Assembly: GCA_965215235.1 (NCBI GenBank)
Contig: OZ244053.1
Coordinates: 5,063,879 to 5,127,878 of the forward strand
Length of the DNA: 64,000 bases
Origin: Terriglobia bacterium
Lineage (GTDB): Bacteria > Acidobacteriota > Terriglobia > Versatilivoradales > Versatilivoraceae
Reading direction: 5' to 3'
Part shown: positions 9,767 to 19,987 of the stretch, piece by piece
How positions within the stretch are numbered: position 1 is the stretch's first letter
Layout: each line of letters begins with the position of its first letter
Made by a program: the position numbers and the translations under genes
The notes under the pieces: model-generated
Told to the model about the DNA's origin: nothing
Seen by the model: the letters and a program-made list of their open reading frames with translations, nothing else
The model's database searches: none

Positions 9767-11131
9767 ATGGCGTTACTCGACAGTCAATGGCAGCGAAAGG
9801 CGACCCTTTGTGGGCTCTATTTCGCCCAAGGTGTGCCTTGGGGATTCATGCTGATTGCGCTGCCCTCCTATCTGTCCTACCAATACCAGATTTCGGATGA
9901 CGAAGTCGGCGCCCTCAAGGCAATCATCCTGGTGCCCTGGTCCTTCAAGCTGATTTGGGCCCCGTTGATGGACAGTTTCACCGTTCGCTCCATGGGACGG
10001 AGACGACCGTGGATCATTGGTTCCGAATTGATGATGGCCTTGACCTTGCTGGGATTCATCGGCATCGCGGATCCTTCCCAGCACCTCAAGTTCATCCTCT
10101 ATATGTACTTTCTGCACAACTGCTTTGCCTCCCTGCAGGACGTCTGTACCGACGCCTTGGCCGTCGATATTCTGCCTCCGGAGGAACAGGGACAGACCAA
10201 TGGCTTGATGTGGGGCTCCAAGCTCATCGGCAAAGGGGTGGGAGCCTGGAGCCTCTCCTATGTCCTCAACTGGGGCGGGCTGGGCGCCTGCGTGGCCGTT
10301 CAGGTTCTGTTGCTGCTGGCCATCATGCTGATTCCGCTCTTCGTCCTGGAGCGGCGGGGCGAGAAGCGGTTTCCCTGGAGTGTCGGCCAGGCCATCGCCT
10401 CGTCCGTTCCGAGCGTGGGAAACCCGCTGCGAGTTCTGCGCACCGTTCTCAAGGCTTTTGCACTGACGACGACCTGGGTTTACATCCTGTTCACGCTCCT
10501 GAAGTTGGTAGGGTCAGGGGTCAACGAGGTCCTGACCAACACGCTCTATACCCAGCATCTGAATCCACGCTGGACGGATCTGGAGTACTCGGAAGCCTCC
10601 GGTTTGTACGCCACCGCTCCCATTATTGTGGGCGCCGTGTTGGGGGGATATCTGGCCGATCGCTTTGGCCGACGGGTGATCCTCGCTATTGGCTATGTCG
10701 GTTATGGAGTGGCCGCCCTGATCTTTGCAGGATTCCCTGACCTGTGGAATGAGGGCTGGTTCGCCATGTCCTATATTCTTTCTTATGAGACCCTCTCGGC
10801 CATCGGCTCGGTCGGTTTTCTCTCCATGGCCATGAAGATTTCCTGGACCGCAGCGGCGGGAACAGTGTTCACGACCTATATGACGCTGTCCAATGTTTCC
10901 CACGTCTTCGGGAACGGAATTGCCGGCACTTTGCGAAGCTGGTTGATCTTCCCGGAGCGTGGCGCGGCAGCCGAACTGTTTTCCTACGAGCTGGCCTTCT
11001 GGGGCGTGGGTTTCATCACCGTTGCCCCGGTGCTGCTGTTGTTGCTGGTGAAGACGGAGCAGGTCGACCGTGCCCGCGCCGCCGACTCCACCGCTCAGGG
11101 AGGCGAGTATGACCGATCGATACCGTATTGA
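9767..11131 (+). CDS. MFS transporter, AmpG-like
   Basis: LYFAQG, PWSFKLIWAPLMD, GRRRPWI, SLQDVCTDALAVD, LADRFGRR; ~12 hydrophobic segments. Confidence 0.85.
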   Translation: MALLDSQWQRKATLCGLYFAQGVPWGFMLIALPSYLSYQYQISDDEVGALKAIILVPWSFKLIWAPLMDSFTVRSMGRRRPWIIGSELMMALTLLGFIGIADPSQHLKFILYMYFLHNCFASLQDVCTDALAVDILPPEEQGQTNGLMWGSKLIGKGVGAWSLSYVLNWGGLGACVAVQVLLLLAIMLIPLFVLERRGEKRFPWSVGQAIASSVPSVGNPLRVLRTVLKAFALTTTWVYILFTLLKLVGSGVNEVLTNTLYTQHLNPRWTDLEYSEASGLYATAPIIVGAVLGGYLADRFGRRVILAIGYVGYGVAALIFAGFPDLWNEGWFAMSYILSYETLSAIGSVGFLSMAMKISWTAAAGTVFTTYMTLSNVSHVFGNGIAGTLRSWLIFPERGAAAELFSYELAFWGVGFITVAPVLLLLLVKTEQVDRARAADSTAQGGEYDRSIPY

Positions 11132-12224
11132 AGACAGTCACCAGCTCATGACGCCGGCTCTGGTGGTCTTTTTGGAAATGGTTCGGGCCAATCTGGACCG
11201 GATGGTCGAAATCGCCGGCGACCCCGCTCGGTTGAGGCCGCATGTCAAGACTCACAAGACCGGCGAGGTCGTCAAGATGCAGATGCAGCAAGGAATTACA
11301 AAGTTCAAGGCTGCGACCTTCGCCGAGTGCGAGATGCTGGCCCAGGCCGGTGCTCGGGATATCCTCCTGGCCTACCCTGTCGTGGGTCGGAACGTCGAGC
11401 GGGCAGTCCGCTTTGTCCAGGCGTTTCCGGAGGTTCGATTCATGGTGGTCGCAGACCACCCCGGCCCCGTTGAGCCCTTGGCCAAGGCAATGGTCGAGGC
11501 CGGACAACGGATTCAAGTCCTGTTGGATCTGGATACGGGCCAACATCGCACAGGTCTGCCGGCGGGCAGCCAGGCCCGTCAGCTCTATGGAAGGATTGCC
11601 CGGAGCCCGGGCCTCCAAGCGGGGGGATTGCACATTTATGACGGCCACTTGAGACAGCGTTCGCGCCGGGAGCGGGCGGCTGCAGTGAAGGACCGATTCC
11701 GGGAAGTGATCAGTTTTCGCCGGGAGTTGATCGGCTCCGGCTGGGAGGCGCCGCGCCTTGTCTGTGGAGGGACTGTGACCTTTCCCGTCTATGCCGAAAT
11801 GGAGGACCCGACCATCGAGCTCAGTCCGGGCACCTGTATTTTCCACGACGCCGGGTACGGAACCAGCTTTCCCGATCTTCCGTTTACACCGGCAGCCGTC
11901 ATCCTGACCCGCGTCATCAGCTTGCCGGGAGATAGCCGGGTCACGCTGGATTTGGGTTACAAAGCCGTGGCTTCGGACCAGCCCATGGAAAGGCGTGCGG
12001 TTTTCCCCGAGTTGGCCGACGCCGAGCTGGTTTTGCAGAACGAAGAGCACTTGGTGGTCCAAACGGCTCAGGCGGGGAATTTGCGCCCGGGCGACGAGTT
12101 GGTGGCCATTCCCTGGCACATCTGCCCAACCACTGCCTTGAACAAGGAAGTGGTGGTGGTCAGCCAGGGGCGCATCAAGGAGCGTTGGGAGGTGGCCGCT
12201 CGCGACCGCTGTTTGACGGTTTAG
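11109..12224 (+). CDS. D-threonine aldolase / D-serine dehydratase family PLP enzyme
   Basis: TPALVV, RPHVKTHK (PLP Lys), HRTG, YDGH, DLGYKA, EEH, PWHICPT. Confidence 0.9.
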   Translation: MTDRYRIEDSHQLMTPALVVFLEMVRANLDRMVEIAGDPARLRPHVKTHKTGEVVKMQMQQGITKFKAATFAECEMLAQAGARDILLAYPVVGRNVERAVRFVQAFPEVRFMVVADHPGPVEPLAKAMVEAGQRIQVLLDLDTGQHRTGLPAGSQARQLYGRIARSPGLQAGGLHIYDGHLRQRSRRERAAAVKDRFREVISFRRELIGSGWEAPRLVCGGTVTFPVYAEMEDPTIELSPGTCIFHDAGYGTSFPDLPFTPAAVILTRVISLPGDSRVTLDLGYKAVASDQPMERRAVFPELADAELVLQNEEHLVVQTAQAGNLRPGDELVAIPWHICPTTALNKEVVVVSQGRIKERWEVAARDRCLTV

Positions 12225-12643
12225 TCGGTCAGCCACAGGGATGCCAAACCGGTGCAACTCCTCTGAGCACCACGCAACCAGCGATTTTGCAAACTTGGGT
12301 GGCTTCTTCTCGCACCTCTCGGTGTTCTCGGGATCCGACAATCCGTAAACGCCTTGAAGGTGGGTGTCTCTTTCGCCCTTCCTCATCCGCTGGGATGAAT
12401 GCTAAGGCCGAGGCCAGAGATCGTATCGTCCAGGGCGTCGTCCTTCCTGGCTCGAGACTTTGCTGCCCTGATACCTCGGGCAAAGGTGGACTTGGATTTG
12501 TCGGTTATGGTTAGCGGTTGCTGTCTCATGCCGGGCGACCGGGTGTCAGGATAGGAAGCGCCCGCGGCGGCGATTGCACGGAGAAGCCGCGTGGCGGATC
12601 GGGATGTGCGAGCCGTAAGGTTCTGTAATCAGTGCTGTTTCCG

Positions 12644-13060
12644 TCAGTTCACGCGATGGCGGGTGCAAGTCGGAAGGGCGTCAACGATGCGAGTGTGGCG
12701 ACGCCAATCTCGCCAGTTGACGTAAGCTGAAATTCCCAAGGCTGCCAGCCCGAAAAACAGAACCGATGCATCCAAAAGGAACGGGTCCCAATCCTTCCCC
12801 GTGAGCCGGTCCAGGTAGTATTTGATGAATGAATTCGGGAGGCCGGTTTCACCCAGTGCTTCTTTGACTTGCCAGTGCCAGTCGGTGGAAGGGCAGTAAC
12901 CCCAGCCGTAGAACCATCCCAAGCCAAACCAGGATAAAAGGGTCAGGGTCATCAACCCCAGGTGAAACCGGCGAGTTTGCTTCCAGATCCATCCCGTCAG
13001 GCTGAAGAAGACCTGAAGGGTGTGGAAGACCATGAAGAAGACGTCCAGGAATGGGTACAT
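12644..13060 (-). CDS. DUF2784-like membrane protein
   Basis: MYPFLDVFFMVFH...GWIWK..RRFHL...GWGYCPSTDWHW. Confidence 0.75.
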   Translation of the reverse strand: MYPFLDVFFMVFHTLQVFFSLTGWIWKQTRRFHLGLMTLTLLSWFGLGWFYGWGYCPSTDWHWQVKEALGETGLPNSFIKYYLDRLTGKDWDPFLLDASVLFFGLAALGISAYVNWRDWRRHTRIVDALPTCTRHRVN

Positions 13061-13330
13061 TGGGTCAGAGGACAGGTTCTGGTTCAGAGGAAGCAGCCCG
13101 GGCTGCATGCCAAACCCAATAGAGGATTCGGGCAGGAGAAGCCTCGAATGGCTCGTGGCGACCGACCAGCTCCGCCAGCCACTCACCGCGGGCCACTGAT
13201 TGCAAGTTCCTGCTTCTCGGGGCCATTGATTTTGCCGGCGGCCGGGGTTCCTTGTCATCCCGAGGCCCGTCTCTATTGAGACAGAATTATAGATGCAATG
13301 GGCTCTGAAGGAACCCCGATTGGGCAGGAA

Positions 13331-14188
13331 ATGTTGAACGGCATCTATCGTTTCACCTCTATTGGGCGACCGCTGGATCCCCATTATCCCACCAACCGAG
13401 CCGTTCTGCTGCTGCTGCCCGCAGCAGCAATCGTGGCGGGGGCCGTGGCTTTCCTGCAGGGCGATGCGCTTCTCGAAGTCGTGGAACGGGGTTTGATGGG
13501 GGCGGCGGTGGCGCTGGGCGGTTGGGCGCTGACCCGGGAGCTCCTACCCGATGCGGATTCCATGGCGTTCGTCAGTCTTGTGCTGGCCTTCGGCGCCTTC
13601 CTGGTGGTCGAATCATCCAGTCTCTTGCTCTTGTTCGTGGCCCTTTTTCTGGTGCGCACCGTCAATCGGACCGTTGGATTGCCGGCCCGGACCACTGATT
13701 CAATCCTGGTGGTATTGCTCACCCTTTGGGCGGTCTATGGCTTGCCGTCCCCGTGGCTGGGCCTGATCGGCGCCCTGACCTTCGCTCTCGACGCTGCGTT
13801 GAGGAAACGACTTCACCGTCAATGGATCTTTGCCGGCGTTTGTCTGGTGGCTGCCGGGCTGTCTTTTGATCGGCATGGACTCTATTGGCTCCAGGAGAGT
13901 CCGCTTCCAGCCATGGTGAGCTTGCCCGTGGTTGTTGTTGGGGCCGGTTACGGCCTGACGATGTGGCGAACGCGTGCGGTAAAGTCGTTGGCCGACGCCA
14001 CGGGAACTCCTCTGTCCCTGGAACGGGTTCGGGCAGGTATGGTGGTGGGCTTCCTGGTTGGATTGCAGTCACTGACCCGCGGACAGTTCGGGATTGAGGC
14101 GGCTGCGTTGGTTTGGGCCAGTCTGGCGGGAGTTGCTCTGGGCGGCGTGGGATGGCTGAGGCGCCCGCGCCAAACGCCGACCGCCTGA
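13331..14188 (+). CDS. Hypothetical integral membrane protein
   Basis: Multi-TM ORF with RPLDPHYPTNRA and WALTRELLPD motifs. Confidence 0.7.
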   Translation: MLNGIYRFTSIGRPLDPHYPTNRAVLLLLPAAAIVAGAVAFLQGDALLEVVERGLMGAAVALGGWALTRELLPDADSMAFVSLVLAFGAFLVVESSSLLLLFVALFLVRTVNRTVGLPARTTDSILVVLLTLWAVYGLPSPWLGLIGALTFALDAALRKRLHRQWIFAGVCLVAAGLSFDRHGLYWLQESPLPAMVSLPVVVVGAGYGLTMWRTRAVKSLADATGTPLSLERVRAGMVVGFLVGLQSLTRGQFGIEAAALVWASLAGVALGGVGWLRRPRQTPTA

Positions 14189-14364
14189 AGGTTCGGCCGA
14201 GCTCGGCGGTCCAGGATCCCGCTTATTTTTGGTCGGGCTCTTGGCGTCGGCCGCAGCTCTTCAACCCTCTGGTGGATGGGTTGGCTGGTTGTCCCCTAAC
14301 CTCCGGCCAGCGGAGGGTCGTGTTATCCTTAGCTTCCATGGGCTGTAACGACTTGGTTCTTTTT

Positions 14365-14387
14365 GCGGGCGAGACGCCCGCGCTCCC
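14365..14387 (+). repeat. REP-like palindrome GCGGGCGAGACGCCCGCGCTCCC
   Basis: GCGGGC/GCCCGC stem with GCTCCC tail, intergenic. Confidence 0.5.
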
Positions 14388-14399
14388 AGGCGAGAGGTG

Positions 14400-15956
14400 A
14401 TGGATTTCGAAATCAGATTGCTGGATCAACTGGTGGTTGGCGCGAGCTTCGTGGTCCTGATCATGATTGGGCTGCGCTCCTCGCGAGGAAGCCAGACCGA
14501 TGAAGGCTACTTCCTGGCGGGCCGGTCCATGCCGGGATGGGTCATCGGCTTCTCGCTGATGGCGACCATCGTCAGCTCGGTAACCTTCCTGGCGCTTCCT
14601 GCCTTTGCCTACGGCGATGGCAACTGGCGAAATTTCGTAGCCCACTTTGGCTACATTCCCGCCATCATGATTGCGGTCCATTTGTTCATCCCTTTGTTCC
14701 GGTCGACGAGGGTCACCTCGGCCTACGAGTATCTCGAACGGCGATTCGGGCTGTGGGCCAGGATGTATGCTGCCGGCACCTTTGTCCTGTTTCATTTCTT
14801 CCGAACAGGGATGGTGCTCTATGCTGTCTCTCTGGCGATCCAGTCGATTTTGCAAACGGGCGAGGGATCGGTTCCTTCGATTATTGTGGTTGGCGGTGTG
14901 CTGGTATCGGCCTACACCATCGTGGGTGGTCTGAGAGCGGTGATCTGGACCGATGTCTTTCAAGGAATTGCCCTGATCAGCGGCGGACTGCTCTGTTTGC
15001 CCATCATCCTCTCGCAGCTTCCCGGAGGGAGCGCGGAGTTGTTTCGGGTGGCTGCCGCCGACAACAAGTTCTACCTGGGCGATCCTGAGTTGACTTTGCA
15101 GGGCAAGACGATCTGGGCTTATCTGTTCGCCGAATTCATGATTCTGATGCACCTGATGGGCACCGATCAAACCAATGTGCAGCGATACGCTGCTGCAAAC
15201 AGCGACAAGGCCGCCGCTCGCGGGGCCGTGATCGGTTGCTGGCTGGCAGTGCCGACCTGGAGCTACTTTCTTTTTCTGGGCACCTGCTTGTACGTCTTTG
15301 TGAAGGTGGTCCCGGGGACAGGGCTGGAAGGACTGGCTCCCGATGCCGTTTTCCCTCGCTTCATCCTGACCCACGTTCCCGCCGGCGTTGGCGGCTTTGT
15401 TCTCTCGGGATTGCTGGCCTCGGCCATGTCCACCCTGGATTCCAGCATCAATGCCACGGCGGCTACGGTCACCAACGACTTCTACAAGAGACTTTGGGTC
15501 AAGGACCGGGACCCGATTCATTATGGCAACGTGGGAAAGCTGGTGAGCCTGCTGTTCAGCGTCGTCATGATCTCGACCGCTTGCGGGATCCACTACTACC
15601 GGGTCTCTGAAACCCTGGACGACCTCCAAAGAATGTTGCTATCCGTGATGAGTGGTGGATTGCTCAGCCTGTTCCTGGTCGGTTTCGTGACGCTCAGGGT
15701 GGACAGCCGGGCAGCCCTGGTGGCCACGTCCACCACCGTGCTGTCGGTAGCCGGCTGGCTGTTCATGGACACCCCTCTGGGAAAAGAGTGGTTCCCACAG
15801 GTGGCCGGGGCCATGCCCGACAACTTCTGGGTCAGCACTTTTGCCAACCTGCTGCTGTTTGGGGTCGCCTACTGTGTGAGCCTGTTGCTGGGGAGCCGGC
15901 AGCGAAAAGACCTGACCGGACTGACGATCTGGCGAGAACGTCCGGCCCGAGACTGA
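14400..15956 (+). CDS. Sodium:solute symporter (SSS)
   Basis: YFLAGRSM, SAYEYLERRF, GGLRAVIWTD, DQTNVQRY, ASAMSTLDSSINA. Confidence 0.92.
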   Translation: MDFEIRLLDQLVVGASFVVLIMIGLRSSRGSQTDEGYFLAGRSMPGWVIGFSLMATIVSSVTFLALPAFAYGDGNWRNFVAHFGYIPAIMIAVHLFIPLFRSTRVTSAYEYLERRFGLWARMYAAGTFVLFHFFRTGMVLYAVSLAIQSILQTGEGSVPSIIVVGGVLVSAYTIVGGLRAVIWTDVFQGIALISGGLLCLPIILSQLPGGSAELFRVAAADNKFYLGDPELTLQGKTIWAYLFAEFMILMHLMGTDQTNVQRYAAANSDKAAARGAVIGCWLAVPTWSYFLFLGTCLYVFVKVVPGTGLEGLAPDAVFPRFILTHVPAGVGGFVLSGLLASAMSTLDSSINATAATVTNDFYKRLWVKDRDPIHYGNVGKLVSLLFSVVMISTACGIHYYRVSETLDDLQRMLLSVMSGGLLSLFLVGFVTLRVDSRAALVATSTTVLSVAGWLFMDTPLGKEWFPQVAGAMPDNFWVSTFANLLLFGVAYCVSLLLGSRQRKDLTGLTIWRERPARD

Positions 15957-16063
15957 GGAGAGTGGGTTCACTACGGCAGGCTGGGACGGAAACTGCCTGA
16001 ATTTGGCGTTTCCGGGGCTTCTGGTGGTTTAGATAGGAAGGGTGTATGGGATTCGCCAGGAGC

Positions 16064-16109
16064 GAGAAAAGGCCCACCATGACGTTGTTTTCATAGTGGG
16101 CCTTTTCTC
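16064..16109. terminator. Bidirectional terminator-like hairpin
   Basis: Perfect 14-bp inverted repeat GAGAAAAGGCCCAC ... GTGGGCCTTTTCTC between convergent genes. Confidence 0.65.
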
Positions 16110-16229
16110 AATCAAAACGAATGTCGATTGCATGGCATAACCACCACCAACCTTCAAATCTTTGTAGATTTTCGGTCTGATAGGTGTAGCTCTTTCGAGA
16201 GCCGAAACAGCACCATCGTTTCCAGAGAA

Positions 16230-16352
16230 CAGAGACCATTGCAACGGGTTACGCCACAACAGGTGCTTGAGGAGATCAAAAAGGCCCGGCAACGTGGAGC
16301 CAGCTTCCGTGAGATCGCTGCAAGGCTGAATCAGCCCGGTGTGTCCTCTTAG
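16230..16352 (+). pseudogene. Possible serine-recombinase DNA-binding domain remnant
   Basis: QQVLEEIKKARQRGASFREIAARLNQPGV matches the recombinase G.S.R.IA..LN..G pattern; no catalytic domain. Confidence 0.4.
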
Positions 16353-16423
16353 GTGCTAGCGTCTTGTATGGATACGAGGCAACGTGGAAGGACAAACAGT
16401 CGCAGAAAGCCCGCCTACAGGAA

Positions 16424-16651
16424 TCAGTACGGGAGCCGGTCAGCCATCCAGCCTTTACCTTTTGCACCCCGGAAAAAAGCGTGAGCCAGATACAGAATAG
16501 GGTAGGCACTGGCAGAAATCAGCGCCGCGTAACAAAACTGTCTGAGAGATACGCCTTTACGGCGCCACGTTATAAACCATTGGGTCAACAACACGGTTAC
16601 AACGACACTCGTTGCTGATACAAACCAAGTTTCCCAATACAAGACACCCAT
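16424..16651 (-). CDS. Small 2-TM membrane protein (immunity-like)
   Basis: GGAG RBS, ATG 16651; 75 aa with two hydrophobic helices; starts 25 bp after the Gly-zipper gene. Confidence 0.55.
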   Translation of the reverse strand: MGVLYWETWFVSATSVVVTVLLTQWFITWRRKGVSLRQFCYAALISASAYPILYLAHAFFRGAKGKGWMADRLPY

Positions 16652-16676
16652 AGCGTTGACTCCGCTCCGACACGAT

Positions 16677-17063
16677 CTAGTTGCATCTCCCGTTGGGATG
16701 CTGGATATAGCATATCGCCGCATCGATATCATAATCTTGCTCTGCCTTGTCAACGCATTCGCCGTTAGACCAGACAAAGAACGCACTGCAACCTATTCCA
16801 GCAAGAGCGCCGCCTATTATCGCACCAGCCCCAGAACCAAGCCCAGCGCCGAACCCCGCACCGATAGCAGCGCACCCAAGAATGCTGCTAACGTTTGATT
16901 TACGGTTACACTCCGCCGTTGCAGACCGCCTTTTGCTGTCAGCTCTGTTTAGGCGCTCACGGAGGCAATTTTGCCGGGTCTGCGCTTCCATTTCATCGGG
17001 GACAAGCAGGCGGGCCATGACCACTTTTTTGCGGCGGGGAGCAATAACAGACGATCCAGCCAT
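16677..17063 (-). CDS. Cys-rich glycine-zipper protein (bacteriocin/toxin-like)
   Basis: GCAAIGAGFGAGLGSGAGAIIGGALAGIGC core flanked by polar helices; 7 Cys. Confidence 0.6.
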   Translation of the reverse strand: MAGSSVIAPRRKKVVMARLLVPDEMEAQTRQNCLRERLNRADSKRRSATAECNRKSNVSSILGCAAIGAGFGAGLGSGAGAIIGGALAGIGCSAFFVWSNGECVDKAEQDYDIDAAICYIQHPNGRCN

Positions 17064-17329
17064 CGGTCCGCACTTGCTTTATGCGAACTCTAAGGTGTGT
17101 GTATTAAGAAGGATGTGATCTCAGGATGGAATTTCAATGAAATTTTAGTCCTGAAGCCGTTTCTGATTCCCCGGACTTTCCCAAAACCCGTTCTCATCAA
17201 AAAATACAGCGGGGCTCATCTGCGGTTGCTTCCCGGGTGATTTCTCAACACATCCCTTAAACTGGTTAGGGAAAAGTGGAGAACCCGGTTCTGGAGCAAC
17301 AAAATGATTGACGTTTCAGGACTTGGCCG

Positions 17330-17358
17330 TTGACTTTCCGAGCCATCTCAAGTAACTT
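17330..17358 (+). promoter_or_regulatory. Candidate sigma70 promoter
   Basis: TTGACT-17 nt-TAACTT, 45 bp upstream of ATG 17404. Confidence 0.4.
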
Positions 17359-17403
17359 GATTCCATCGTTAGGGTTCATTCTCTCTCAAGACATCACTGG
17401 GTC

Positions 17404-19950
17404 ATGACTCCAGTCCTCCACTGTTTCTTAGCTTCATTGCTTCTGCTGGCTGTCTCACTTCCCGCCAACGGCGAGGTTTCTGTTGTGCAGCAGGAGTCGA
17501 AGGACCGTTTCGAGCGCGAGATCAAGCCGATTCTGCGCCAGAGGTGTTTTTCCTGCCACGACGGAGAGTCCAGCCAGAGTGGGCTGGCGCTGGAAAGTGT
17601 GGCGTCCATTCTCCGCGGAGGCGCCCTGTCCGGCCCTGCCGTCATGGCCGGGAAGAGCGGTGAGAGTCCCCTCATCCAGTACCTCAGAGGAGAAAAGCAG
17701 CCCAGGATGCCTTTGACCGGAAGTGCGCTGCCGGAAGCCGACATCGCCTTGATTTCCGAATGGATCGACCAAATGCAGGTCACCGACTCCGGCGAAGCCG
17801 AGGAAGAGGCCATCACTTGGCCCTGGAGGCCCTTGACGGCGCCGCCGGTTCCCGAGGTGCGAAACCCATCCTGGGTCAATAATCCGGTGGATGCCTTCAT
17901 CCTGGCCAAGCTGGAAGAGAAAGGAATGGTTCCAGCGCCGCCGGCGTCTGAACGGGCTCGGTTGCGGCGCCTCTATTTCGGCTTGATCGGCCTGCCGCCC
18001 ACCCCGGAGGAGGCGGAACGCTTTCTTGGCGATCCCTCACTGGAGGCCTACCACCAGGAAATCGAAACGCTCCTGGCTCGTCCCGAATACGGTGTGCGCT
18101 GGGGTCGGCATTGGCTGGATTTGGTCCGCTACGCAGACACCGGCGGCGAGTCGACCGACGATGCGCGCTCCCATCTTTGGCGCTATCGGGACTACGTGGT
18201 TCGCGCCTTCAATCAGGATCGGCCCTACGATCGCTTCATCAAGGAACAGATCGCCGGTGACGCCTACCGCCAGTATGGAGACGAGGCCCGGATTGGAACG
18301 GGATTCCTCTATCAATGGATTCCGGTGCAACGCGACCGCGGCCCGGAGCGGCGTCGGGATGTCTTGAATGACGTGGTGGGAACCACGGGTTCGGTCTTCC
18401 TGGGCATGAGTCTGGGTTGCGCTCGCTGTCACGACCATAAATATGACCCTATTCCGACCCGGGATTACTATCGCATGGAGGCCTTCTTCGCGCCTTTGTT
18501 GCTTCGCGCCGCGCCGGTACCCTTCACCGAGTTTGAACTGGCTCGCCGGCAGCCGGATCTCTGGCAAAAAAAGGCCGCGGCTTGGGATGAGGTCCTGGCA
18601 TCCAGAAAGGCTTTGGGGCATCGGAAGAAGACGGAGTTCAAAGAGAGAATGAAGGCCAACCGCCTGCCGGTGATGGCCCAGGATCTCAAGGATTGGGCCT
18701 TGGACATCACCGACACCGATTTGAATTGGGCCATGAAGAAGGGAGTGCTCTTCAGCAAGGAGGAGCAGGAACTCCATCGGCTGTTGGGCAAGCACACCAC
18801 CCGCTTTGCCAATCCTAACAATCCCGGCTACTTCAAGCCCATGGCCTTCACGGCTTCAGATTCCCCCATCCGGCATTCGGTGGGTACTTATGTGCTGAAG
18901 GGGGGAAACTACCTGTTGAGAGGGGAGGCAGTGGAGCCCGGCTTCCTCAGCGCCGTGACGGGGCACTCGGATCCGGTGAATCTGGACGGTTTGCCCAGCC
19001 GCCGCAAACTACTGGCGGAATGGATTGCCAGTCCCGAGAATCCTCTCACTCCCAGGGTGATGGTGAATCGCATCTGGCAGTATCACTTTGGCGCAGGACT
19101 GGTGGCCAACCCCAGCGACCTAGGGAAGAATGGAGGGGGGACGCGCCACCCGGAGCTCATCGACTGGCTGGCCTGGCAATTCATCCAAAGTGGCTGGAGC
19201 GTGAAGTCCATCCATCGCCTGATTCTACAGTCGAATACCTACCAGCAGTCCTTGCGCAATCCTCAGTGGGAGGCTTACCAGAAGACCGACAGCGGCAACC
19301 GTTACCTTTGGAGAAGGAGTCCCATTCGCTTGGAGGCCGAGGTCATTCGCGACAGCATGTTGGCGGTCAGTGGAGAACTGAACCCATTGTTGGGAGGCCC
19401 CCCCTTCTTTCCCAAAATCGACCAGGAAGTCATGGACCGGGCCAGCACCTGGTGGGAGCCTTCTCCGGTCGAAGAAAGAAATCGGCGGACCGTCTACATG
19501 TTGCAGTGCCGCTCCCTCCAGTCTCCCATGATCAGCGCCTTCGATGGGCCCAATATCCAGGAGACCTGCCCCATAAGAGGGGTGACCACGGTGACGCCTC
19601 AGGTGTTTGCCTTGTTCAACAGCGACTTTTCCCACGACCAGAGCCAAGCCATGGCCCGCCGTATCATCAGGGAGGTGGGGAAGGATCCTGAGGAACAGAT
19701 CGAGCAGGCCTTCCGGCTGGCCTTGCAGCGGGCTCCCTCCCGCTCGGAAAGACGGAAGTGCCTGTCTTTCCTGGAAGGAAGCGGAAACCTTTCCGATGAG
19801 AGCCGAGAACTGACCCTGAAGACCATTGCCTTTTCGGGCGCGACCGAGGTCGAGGAAGCAGCGCTATCGAAAGTCGGAAGTCGAAAACACTCGCTGGCGA
19901 GCCTTTGCCTCGTCTTGTTCAATATGAATGAATTCGTTTTCCTGGAGTAG
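17404..19950 (+). CDS. Planctomycete cytochrome c + DUF1549/DUF1553 (PSD1) protein
   Basis: Signal peptide; CFSCH and CARCHDHKYDP; WGRHWLDLVRYAD; VNRIWQYHFG; HPELIDWLA. Confidence 0.92.
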   Translation: MTPVLHCFLASLLLLAVSLPANGEVSVVQQESKDRFEREIKPILRQRCFSCHDGESSQSGLALESVASILRGGALSGPAVMAGKSGESPLIQYLRGEKQPRMPLTGSALPEADIALISEWIDQMQVTDSGEAEEEAITWPWRPLTAPPVPEVRNPSWVNNPVDAFILAKLEEKGMVPAPPASERARLRRLYFGLIGLPPTPEEAERFLGDPSLEAYHQEIETLLARPEYGVRWGRHWLDLVRYADTGGESTDDARSHLWRYRDYVVRAFNQDRPYDRFIKEQIAGDAYRQYGDEARIGTGFLYQWIPVQRDRGPERRRDVLNDVVGTTGSVFLGMSLGCARCHDHKYDPIPTRDYYRMEAFFAPLLLRAAPVPFTEFELARRQPDLWQKKAAAWDEVLASRKALGHRKKTEFKERMKANRLPVMAQDLKDWALDITDTDLNWAMKKGVLFSKEEQELHRLLGKHTTRFANPNNPGYFKPMAFTASDSPIRHSVGTYVLKGGNYLLRGEAVEPGFLSAVTGHSDPVNLDGLPSRRKLLAEWIASPENPLTPRVMVNRIWQYHFGAGLVANPSDLGKNGGGTRHPELIDWLAWQFIQSGWSVKSIHRLILQSNTYQQSLRNPQWEAYQKTDSGNRYLWRRSPIRLEAEVIRDSMLAVSGELNPLLGGPPFFPKIDQEVMDRASTWWEPSPVEERNRRTVYMLQCRSLQSPMISAFDGPNIQETCPIRGVTTVTPQVFALFNSDFSHDQSQAMARRIIREVGKDPEEQIEQAFRLALQRAPSRSERRKCLSFLEGSGNLSDESRELTLKTIAFSGATEVEEAALSKVGSRKHSLASLCLVLFNMNEFVFLE

Positions 19951-19987
19951 TCGAAAGCGACGCGACATAGGAAAAAAGGAGCCTCTG

